Origin: Sphaeroforma arctica JP610 | Lineage: Eukaryota | DNA: 33,396 nucleotides | Assembly (NCBI RefSeq): GCF_001186125.1 | Contig: NW_014040002.1 | Span: forward strand, 26,859-60,254 | Reading direction: 5' to 3' | In this document: positions 1-10,605 of the stretch, one piece after another | How the letters are laid out: each line of letters starts with the position of its first letter | How positions within the stretch are numbered: position 1 is the first letter of the stretch | The notes under the pieces: generated by a model | What the model saw: the letters and a program-made list of their open reading frames with translations, nothing else | The model's database searches: none | What the model was told of the DNA's origin: nothing | Position numbers and translations under genes: made by a program

Positions 1-245
1 ATTATATATTTTGCCATCGTATACGTATAAATACAGTACTGATGTACATATTATATTATATATATATATACATCATATTCTTAATATATTTTTATACACT
101 TAGTACTATAATATATGTAATCAAAACAAAGTCGGTTGTATGGTCATTTTTTTAAATTCACAGATACACCATGTTGTGCACATGTTTATTGTGCACCTGT
201 TTAATGTGCACACCTGTAGAAATATAATGTATATACGGGACTTAC

Positions 246-391
246 AAATGGTATGTTTTTCCGCATTCTCACTCTCAGATTTGTAGTTTGGCGGTATATC
301 ATCCCGAGTTTTATACTCAGGCAAGGTTACTGTCGCGTCAGATGACTTGCCCCGGGTCTCTTCGATCACCATTGCGAAGTAATGTTTGTAA
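246..391 (-). other. Possible internal coding exon of an unidentified gene
   Basis: On the minus strand it is flanked by a pyrimidine-rich acceptor (tttttgcatttgttcAG) and a GTAAGT donor, and reads open as YKHYFAMVIEETRGKSSDATVTLPEYKTRDDIPPNYKSESENAEKHTI. No family recognised and no partner exons could be linked. Confidence 0.25.
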
Positions 392-2289
392 CTGAACAAA
401 TGCAAAAATGTATATATATTCCAAAGAGAATCAGCCACCCACCAATGACTTGCTATATTCAGTTATGCCGAAACCTCTCGGTTCATATCATAATAGTGGA
501 CTGGTTATATTTAACTATGAGGAACCCTCACTATAACATGATAGTGGACTTCTAGGACGCTCGTTTCAATTGTAGCAGAATATCGTCACCAGCTTCGAAA
601 GTTTCGCAAGCGTTTCTCGAGTTGAACTTGTTGTCGGTGTCTCGACTCTCAGAGACTCAGACCTCAGTCCTCACTCGAGATATCATATATATACATGACC
701 TTCTAGAAATAAAAATTACCTCTAGAAATAAAAAGTAAGGCTGACGGACTCCAGGACTTGTATATAACTTTTTCTGTAATAAATGTTTCAATTTAGAAGG
801 CTATGTAATAAACAACAATAGGAGGCCCAACACCGGGCCAACAGGGAAAAATTCAAACAAACAAAAAAATGGTTCCAAGGGATGTTTTTATTATTTATTT
901 ATTTTGGGTTTTTTAATAAAAATACAAATTCAGCACCATACGGCTTACATATTATTTTAAAATTATGTATGTATGTATTTACCTGAAATTCATACACACA
1001 TACATAAATTTATGTATTAATTACTGAAAAACAGCAGCGAGCAAAACAACAATCACTGAATTGTTAGTGATTACTCATAATACTGACAATCAAAGTTCTT
1101 TGTCCTGGTCAAATATAGCCAATGAAAACCAAGTAAACAGTATTCTCGAGGAACTCTACTACTCGTTGGCTGGGGAAAAGTGAAAACAAACAAAAGCTGC
1201 AGGCTCAGTCTCTCGGTCTCCGGCTCTGCCTCTCTGCTTCGTGCTTTTCTCTCCATTCTGCTATGTATTGCCTTAGTATGTACTATGGTTATGTACCTTG
1301 AGCAAATCTATGTGACGATTCTGGTGATCTGGTTATATGTACGTTTATTGCTTTTGTATTGATAGCCATGTCGACAATATTCGTAGCAATCTGAACAATC
1401 ATTGTATTCTGATTTCCAAGTCTGCTTTGAAAACCGGACTAGGAAACGAAAATACAACTTGAATAACCATTGGCGAAGTAATCAGTAGTCCCAGACTACA
1501 ACACGCATGCCTTATTTGTATTCAATAAGCTAACGCCGGGAGGTTACCACATATTTACCTTTGCCAATCTTCATGGGAAGTATCCTTGCACCTATCCATA
1601 TGCTCTCGGAAATGCTTCTGTTAATTTCTTCGGCAACAGCACAATTTGGGCGTTGTCTGCGACAAACAAACTACTAAAAGTTTTGGTCCTTTTGTAAGTT
1701 CCGTCTATTCTTGAAGTATTCCGCTAACCTCTAGGAATTCATACATTCTTGGTGATTTTGAAATACCCCAGTTTCATTTAGAAGGCTATGCCCGTGCACT
1801 ATTCTAAACTGCGACAATTTTACGACTATTTAATACATTGTACAAGTGGCCATATACAATAGTGTTAATTGCGCCCGTTTCCAGCGGCGTCAAAATCGGA
1901 GTACAGTATCTAGAATTTCTGTGAACATGCAGTATGCTGAGTACTGTTAGAACATATATATCGAGACCCCTAATGTACACCTAACCTATTAGAACATACA
2001 TTCGTAGGAGAAGCATTTATATATAGATAGTATATACGTATATAGTGTACATTGTCTACACGAAAGTATTCTACATATGACAATGTTCTCATTCACTTGA
2101 CACCTTTACAGTTCTGTGACACTATATTGTGTTGTGTATGAGATGTTCAGAAATACGTGATGATTCTGGCTTAACAAGTATGAGATAATACCTGAATTGC
2201 TATGTAGGTTAGGAATCGCAAGTCGAATGTTTGAAACGCTAAATTATCACTATTATTTTTAATACCTTAATTTTTGAATGTTTACATCA

Positions 2290-5200
2290 TTAGGCCTGAA
2301 GTCGCAGGTTCTCATGGAAATTTCGCCCGTCTGTAGTGGCGTCAATAATGCCAGCACGGATAACGAAATCACCGAAGGTTTCCCCATGGTGACGGTCAGA
2401 AGCATACTGCTTGAATATAGGCTCGATGAGTTCGAGGATCTGTGCCTCGTTCACGCTCTCGCGGTATAGTTTGTTCAGACGCTCACCTGAATGACTACCA
2501 CCCAGTAACATGTTGTATGTACCTGGAGCTCGGCCCACGAACGCAATTTCTGCCATATAGGGCCTTGCGCATCCGTTGGGACAACCAGTCATACGGATAA
2601 CTATACTATCTTGTCTGAGACCGAACTGTTCGAGGAGGTCCTCCATCTTTGTAATGAGACTGGGCAAGTACCGCTCACTCTCGGCCATGGCTAATGCACA
2701 GGTAGGTAAGGCTACGCAAGCCATCGAGTTAAGTCTGAGACCTGTTGCGATTAAATGAAAAATAGAGTAAGTAGGGGACATATAGAATAGCGTTCATAAG
2801 GATACAATACAGAAGCAGGACCAACCGTCGACGTACAAGAGCGAATCAAAAACTTACCGGACATTTTCTCATTGCCGATTCCGTACTTGTGCATAATCTC
2901 ATCAATTATAGGCTTGTTATCATTCGAAACGTTTCCGAAAATGATATGTTGATTGGCGGTCAAGCGGAAATCACAGATTTTCTTCAACGCAATCTCCTTA
3001 AGGGCGGTCTTCATTTGAAGCTGAGGAGTGTCGATCACACGACCATTCGTAATGAACAAACAGTAGTGGTTTGTACCGTTCACACCCTTAGTCCATCCGT
3101 ATCTGTTTGTATAGCACGGCAAAATGAGAGTTTAGGGATCAGACAGTTGTACAAGGGGGTAAATTCATATCCGAGAACAACCAGTCAGACAATTCTACAG
3201 GACAAAAAGATATGAATAATAAACTTGAATGCTACATACCTGTCAGAATTATTCTTGAATGTAATAGGCATGCTAGGCTCCAACTTAAAACCAGCACGCT
3301 CCTCGACCTGCTCTCTGAACCAATCAATGCCGTGATCGTCCACAGTGTATTTGAGACGAGCATGTTTGCGGTTGACACGCTCACCATGGTCTCTCTGTAC
3401 CAACATAACTTTCTCACCCACAATCAATCCCTGCTCTGGGGTACAGAAGCCCAGCTGCTTCGCAATCTGAGGATACGTTTTCTTGTTACTGTGTGTCACA
3501 CCCATACCACCTCCCACGCTCACATTATAACCCAGCAACTTCCCGTCCGAAATGACAGCTGTGTATCCCAAGCAGTGGGCATATACATCCACATCATTGT
3601 TTGGCGGTACAGCAATAGCAATCTTGAATTTACGGGGCAGGTAGGTCTCGCCGTAAAGGGGTTCGTGATCCTTGTGCACGTCACCAGCCACCATCTTCTT
3701 GTCCAACCAAATCTCGTGGTAAGCTGAAGTCTGAGGTGACAAGTGCCGACTGAGCTCTCGGGCAAAGTGGTCCACCTCAGCGTGTACCGCACTCTCAAAA
3801 GGATTGGGGTTACACATCACATTTCTGTTTACATCGCCACAAGCGGCGAGTGTGTCCATGAGAGCCGCGTTGATGCCCTGAATGGTGGGCTTGAGCTTCT
3901 TCTTAATCACACCATGCAGCTGATAGGCCTGGCGGGTTGTCAGCTTGATGGTTCCATTTGCATGAGAGTCCGCAAGCGCGTCCATGGCTAGATACTGATC
4001 CGCTGTGGAGACACCTCCGGGCACACGCACACGGATCATAAATGAGAAGGCATTTTCCAGACCCTGGGCCTTGCGCTCTTCTCGGAGATCTCGATCGTCC
4101 TGCTGATAGATCCCGTGAAATTTAGTCAACTTAGTATCTCTCTCGGCAAGTGCACCGGTGCTCTCATCCGCCAACCCCTCCAAGATGGTGCCTCGCAAGA
4201 AGTTAGATCCAGTCTTAATGTCGTCATCAGTAATCTTGGGTGGTGCCGGACCGCCGCTGATACCGGCGACACCCAGAGCTTCCCACACGAGCTCCAACCA
4301 GGGCTCTAGTGCAGTATTGAAACCATCATCAGCCGAATCGTCTCCCAAGCCAATAGGGACCAAGCGTTGGCCACCCATAACCTCCAAACGCTCGTCAAGA
4401 TCCTTAGCCGGCTTACAAAAGTATAACTCACCCTCGGCACCAGGCCAGTAGTGAACATCTCCCAGCCCGAAGATCGCATATTGAGTGTTGTTGAGCGGTG
4501 TGTCGGAGGCCTGTAGTCCCTTCCATAGATCTTTGAAGTTGCCTGGGAACTCTCCCTGACCTGCTGTACAAAGCAGAAATATGACTTTGGTTTCCAAAGA
4601 CAAATCATCGGCCTCAAACTCATCACCAGCCATGCAACGAGCATTGAGTCCTCGTCCTTTCGCTTCGCGCTCCATGTTCTTGGCTACACCCTCAGCATTA
4701 CCGCCATCACTTCCATATAAGAATAGCACGGGGTCTCCACTCAAACCACTCAATAGACTGGAGTATGCCGCCACCGCCTTAGCCATGGTTTTAGTGTGTG
4801 TCTCGACAACCTTAGTTTCGGTCGATTTAGCTAGTGCTGGTGCTACGACGATCTTGTCCGCGGCCATCACACTCAGCTGTTTATCTTTCGCAAGGAAATC
4901 TAGCAAATCTTTCTTTGCTCGCTCGGAGTCCAACGAGAAGTTGTCCTTGCCGTTGTGCTCGTTCTGCGGGTTCCATCGGTACAATGGCCACAAACCACTA
5001 TCGACGGCTCGTTTTGTCTCTTTAAGAGCCTCCAATGGCTTAAGTGACTCTGAGATCCCCAGGGCACCAGCATCAACATGTGGCATGTATGCTAGAACGA
5101 CACTAGGACCGGGATAGCGGTCTGCTTCCATGCACGCTCGCAGTACTTGTGTGTAAGATGAGTAGAGTGCTACAGAAGCAACATAGCAGCCTCCATAGTT

Positions 5201-7356
5201 CATGGAGTACAAACCAATGTCCTTCTTCATCTTTTGGTGTCTGTTCTTGGACGTATGGGAGTAGGGCTGTGTGTCTAGGATAAGCACATTTACATCCTCT
5301 CCTCCGGAGATGATATGGTGTACACCACTGTCACTTAAATCACGTGCCCAATCATCACCACCAACTAGCCACCTCGACTTCTTGCTGAAGAGTTCACGAT
5401 CCTCGAATATACTGCTCAAAACCCCGTTCCCGTTCGCCTCTACACTTAGCAGTTCAGATATTTTTTCTTCTAGCGCCGCGGATTCCTTAGCGTCCTCCCG
5501 ATTCTGCAGCCATTGCAAAAAGAATTCCTTCAACCCCTCGCTCAAACCGATAGACTTGTCCCATAGTGCATGGTTTACAAGTTCAGCCAACTTACTTCGT
5601 CTCTGAAGATTGGCCGAGTGTACTCCGTAACCATATTCAATGGTGGACTTACCACCGTCACCCCATACTGTGGCGGAGCCGAATGCATTGGCAATAGCTA
5701 ATCTTTCTGCAAACAGGTGCTGTAATACCTTCACATATTGATTGTCTACATCATCGGACTTCTCGTCTGAAACCTTCAACGTGTGCAGTTTATCAACTCC
5801 CCCCTTGCCCAAAACAAAGGATGTTGCGGGTGTAGGAGAAGAAACGTGCTGAAATGCGGTTTGTACAATTTCGTGGGAGATACTTGACCCCTGAATTTGA
5901 CCACCGATCACCAAAGGTCGCTCATTCGAGTTCCAAAGATCCTCACTAGTTTCGTAAATAGCAGCCATGACATCCAAGTATAATGGACCGTAATAACTAC
6001 CATTCGACTGAGTTACATCTAACACTGCGATGCGTTTGCAAGTCTTCGGCAATGCTTTGATAAGCATGGCGCCAGACCACGGTCGAACCATACGGCACAG
6101 GAGTACACCACACTTGTCCCCAGCTTGTGAGTGACTAATAGTGTCGGCGAACACACTGCCAACAGTGCCTACAGCCAAGACAACGTGCTCTGCGTCTTTG
6201 GGTCCAACATATTCGAAAATGTGATAGCGATGTCCCAGAACGTTGGTCAGATCCTGTGCAATCATAAACAATACATATGAGGTACACATTTGCTTCATGG
6301 CGCAGAAATTATCAGAGAAGGGTTAACTAGAAAATGACAAACAAAAAGCAGGTCAAATCGACACTGTCAACAGGAATATAAAAATTAAACAACATATCGA
6401 GATAAACAACTAGGCGTACCTTCATAACCTCTTCAACTGCGGTGGGGAAATCAACTGATTCTGTCTTTGTCTCTGCCTCCGATCCCTCTTCTGCAGTCTC
6501 CTCGTGACTTTTATCTCCCTTTTTCTTGTAGTTATCAATAGTATCTGCATCGCCTTGAATGAACTCGAGCAGGGACTCCTTGTTAGCAAGAGCCACCGAG
6601 CCTTCGCGTGTGCTATCCCCATCGAAGAAATGAATGCTGGGAGTATTAGTGCGAGAGGCAGCGATCTGTGCAATAATAGACAGATCATGTGCTTCCTGTG
6701 TGGTCTGAGAGCTAAAGATAGCAAATCCAATCTCACTTAAAGCCATCACATCTCCGTGATCTGCGAGAGGCACTCCATTTGCCATGACCGTGGGGGCTGT
6801 TTGTACTAATAGGGCCCATTTTTCTTCGGCGACGTTATAAAGTGCTGGAATTAAGGACAATAGATTGTCGCTCGTAGTGTGTACCACAGTGAAGGGTGTG
6901 TTAGACGCCGCCGACTCCAAGGCTGAGGCACTGCCCGCAGCGTTCTGAGCAAAAATAAAACATATCAAGAGTAAGTCACACAGTAGCAACATTTGAAAAG
7001 AAGATATCTAATGAATATACGAGTGTTGAGGGTATTGCTCTGAGTAGGTTAACAATGGGCGTAAATCGAAGGCGGTGCAAACGGCATTCGGCCAAGAAAT
7101 TACGTACCCTGGATTCCACAACTGATATGTCCCTATCGAAGGAGTTTTTTTCTTGTGATAGTCCTTTTAGGGCTGAGTGTCCGCCGAGAACGGGTCTACC
7201 ACTGGCAGAGTCGAAGATGAAGACCTCATCGGCGAACAGATGGGTCACATGCGCAACCGCGACATCGGCAGTAACTTTTGGCGTTGCAGTAGCCGATGCT
7301 TTGCTGTTGCGTCCCCAGAGATTGCCCAAGGCATTCACAACGAAACTGGCCTGCAT
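2290..7356 (-). CDS. MET5: Sulfite reductase [NADPH] beta (hemoprotein) subunit, fungal Met5/ECM17 type: PFOR-like N-terminal domains + flavodoxin + NIR/SIR siroheme-[4Fe-4S] domains, about 1494 aa
   Basis: Exons 7356-7108, 6944-6420, 6253-3240, 3102-2858, 2741-2290. All four introns are GT..AG with consistent phases (0,0,2,1); spliced CDS is 4485 nt. Motifs: flavodoxin [11 protein letters not shown] and FGLGD; hemoprotein [30 protein letters not shown]; Fe-S/siroheme cysteines ACVALPTC and MTGCPNGC. Confidence 0.95.
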
Positions 7357-8017
7357 TTTATCGGTGTCTCTGGTCGCTTAGTATGCGTTAGTTAATCCTT
7401 GCCTTCTTTCACTATGAAATTCCAGGATGACAAGTCGATGGTAAATATGGTCACAATTATTGTTTAACTTTGTATATCGTCGCACGTATCTAATCCTCTA
7501 ATTTGGGTGCCGTGCCGAATAAAGTGATACAAGTGTAACTTCCACGCGGGTAGTGCAAGCTGCTTATAGCTCATCAGTAAACAACACAGACAATCGGCGT
7601 CGATCGCTGTTGAAGCAAATAGCAAGCATAATATTGTACAGTTTATTATACAAACGTGACAAAATGTCTCATTTTTTTTTCACGCGATGAGCCCACCCAA
7701 GCTCCAGTATATTTAGAGGTGAAAGGCTGTCACTTTTGTTTTTTTTATAATTATTTTTTTTAAATCACCAACTTTTGTGTCATTGGGCATACGATTTGAT
7801 TGGCCAGCGCCCATGCATTGAATTACATTATCGCGACTCGCGTTGACTGTACAAGAAGTGTACATAAATACTACGTCCACAGTATTGTGATTTTTTTTTT
7901 TACAAAACAATTATTAGTCACAACCTGTATAATTTAGAGAGGGTTATTTATGTTACAACTCACAAAATCATATGATATTTGTAGTTCGATAATTTTTATT
8001 TTTATAAAAATAAATAG

Positions 8018-8046
8018 CTGCCAGCCTGCCAGCCTGCCAGCCTGCC
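8018..8046. repeat. 8-bp tandem repeat (CTGCCAGC) x about 3.6
   Basis: ctgccagcctgccagcctgccagcctgcc read directly. Confidence 0.8.
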
Positions 8047-9455
8047 ATAAATACCAGAGTCCGACGGACAGACAGCCTGAACCCTGAGGGCTAAGGCCCT
8101 GAGCGGCCCCCGAGCCGACACACAAAGAAGGGGGTGTACATACTACATAGTCCCTTTTCTCAACACAAGTTCCCAACGCACACACTCAATGTGACGAGGC
8201 TTTTCAAATTTCACAGAAATTCAGAATCGATTTTGTTTTGTTTGCTTTTTGTTTGTTTAAAAAAAACCTCCCTAATTGTTTTTTAAAAACAAATATAATA
8301 ACCAAAGGGGATTACCACACGCGATATGCGCCAGAGCGGCGGTGCGCAGTGCGACCCTGTCACACTTTCGAAAATAGATCTTTATTCATTGGTTCACCTC
8401 TTTATTTTTGGGACTACTGTTCCCATATCTGGCAGGAAAGCGTCTTGCTAAAATTGATGAACACCTATTGTGACTTTGTGAAAGACTGAGAGGGCTGAAC
8501 CGCTGAGGAGGGCGCTTCTTGATTCTTGAACGTGTAATTCCTGTTCTGACCCTGTACTTTTCTAGTAACCAATTGGGTTCTTGTTTTTTTGCGGTTGGAA
8601 TGATGTCGGGACAGACACTATTACTGTAATAACGTCCCCCATTGATTGGATATAAATCTGGCTGATATGAGTTCGAATTTCCTTGAAATATTATTGAGAT
8701 TTCCAAATTTCAGGTCTGCTCCCTGCCCCAGGGCCCAGGAGTCCAGGACCAAGCTTCATTGACATCTCGCAGAGAGAGTGAGTGACGCAACCTCGAACTT
8801 TCGAAGTCCAGTATTTTTCCTCTTGGCTTTTTTTTTTAACCAATTTTTCAATACATAGCAGATAGCTGTCATAGCCTGCTAAATTTGTAAACACAGTCGG
8901 AAGGCCCCTTGTGAGTAGTGACTCACTTGTTGTGACTTGTGTGTGTCTTCACTGTCTTCACTCACTTTCTGGGGTCTTGTCCTGACCCTCGTGACTTGTC
9001 ACAGCAGATCTTTTGATAATTTTTGGAGTTGTGTCGGCATAATTCAAACACACTACATTGTATATCCAATACGAGCAAATGTCCATGTCGCCTCATTTAA
9101 TAGTGTTTTCATTGGCCTGAAGCAATGGACCAACACCTACGATAGTAAAAAAAGTCCTATGTTTTTTAATTTTATATATATCCATATTTTCATGCCATCT
9201 TGTTTTTTTATCCTCTTCCTGCAAAGTGCACACACAGTCCACACTCCACACTCCACAATCCACAATCACAGTCGACACGGAACACAGAGACTGTCCGTCT
9301 CTCGCCAGCACTCCAATACCCTGAGGCCAGCCGTCTACTTCACACTATTTACTTGTGACACTTTTGAATTTTTTAAAACGGCCTTGCCACAAGTAATACT
9401 TTACATAAGATACCTGTTGTATGTTCTTTATTATTAAAGCCCAAATATATCTATT

Positions 9456-9680
9456 ATGGATGGTATTCAAGCCCACAGTGCAGCTGATATTGCTGAACGT
9501 GAACAGACAACAGAACAATACAGCCATACGATCGAGCCTCAATCTGAAGACTTACCGATGTGCTTCAACGAAGTAGCATCCCAGAAGCGCCTCAAACCAA
9601 GGTACTCGAGAGCTTCTAAGGAGGTCAATACCTCGAGAGGCTTCTTGTCAACCCTTTTTTTTGGGAATTACGATTGGTGA
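9456..9680 (+). CDS. Hypothetical 74-aa small ORF
   Basis: ATG-to-TGA ORF (MDGIQAHSAADIAEREQ...FFGNYDW) with protein-like composition, in a more GC-rich island within AT-rich flanks. No recognisable motif. Confidence 0.25.
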   Translation: MDGIQAHSAADIAEREQTTEQYSHTIEPQSEDLPMCFNEVASQKRLKPRYSRASKEVNTSRGFLSTLFFGNYDW

Positions 9681-9930
9681 TTTGAGGACGATAGACAAGT
9701 CTGCGACCGTAATGTAAAGTGATTTCAATGATTTTTAATAGTGACCAAAAAATGACGACATACTCTTGGTCTAACGATACCAAGTATCAGCACAAGACAT
9801 AGCCTGCCTCTATATTCCTGAAGCGTCAAGAGCCTTTATGTTACCAGTGGTCGATGATTCATGTTAACCTAAATAAAAAGGATTATCACTTCTACTTGGA
9901 TGTTCCACGTTTATCTGTTGTTTGAACCGA

Positions 9931-9932
<2 letters not shown>

Positions 9933-9974
<42 letters not shown>

Positions 9975-9986
9975 ATAGTATATTAT

Positions 9987-10028
<42 letters not shown>

Positions 10029-10038
10029 GTACGTATAA

Positions 10039-10076
<38 letters not shown>

Positions 10077-10090
10077 AAGTACATATAATA
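9933..10090. repeat. Compound (TA)n/(TG)n microsatellite
   Basis: Long runs of TA with an internal TG run. Confidence 0.95.
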
Positions 10091-10605
10091 GACATAGCAT
10101 AGACACATATATATTTTATGCATATATATTTATATTGAATTGGACTCTTCAAAATATCATTATATTTGTGTACATTTTCATACATCCGCAGTTGTCTCCT
10201 ATGATCCAAGTGAAACTCAACTCTTCCGTAGAATATATGTTACTCTACAGTACGTAACACCCTTCTTTTGACTTCGGATACTTCACCATCGTATGTAACA
10301 ATCTCAATATCAAAAAAGAGCAACAACTCTTGCAACCATATCGCCAATAGCGTTTTTATTTACAAAGAATTGATTTTAACTGTCACACAAGTACTATATA
10401 TATGTGAAGGTAGCACTACTAGTGTCCCTATCCTTTAAATCCACATATAAAAATGAAACTCAAGCTGTCGACTTTCTTTTAGAGTCCTGATACATCCACG
10501 CGAGTTTAAGGTCGATTACCATCAAATCCACGTACAAGCACAAGCAACCCCTAATTAATATAGATATAGGCATTTGGTTGCTACAACAATCATCGCCGAG
10601 ACATC

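Noticed and set aside
785..1790. About 20-bp direct repeat GTTTCA(A)TTTAGAAGGCTATG at about 785 and 1771, as possible element ends
   Set aside because: No transposase ORF, terminal inverted repeats or LTR structure between the copies.
3212..5606. Plus-strand ORFs of 60-178 aa overlapping MET5 (and similar antisense ORFs over the other genes)
   Set aside because: Antisense shadows of long coding exons with no motifs.
6945..7107. First introns of MET5 and MET10 both fall at the PFOR MQSEAGA-like motif, suggesting a shared ancestral intron
   Set aside because: By eye the positions differ by about two codons, so they are not demonstrably homologous.
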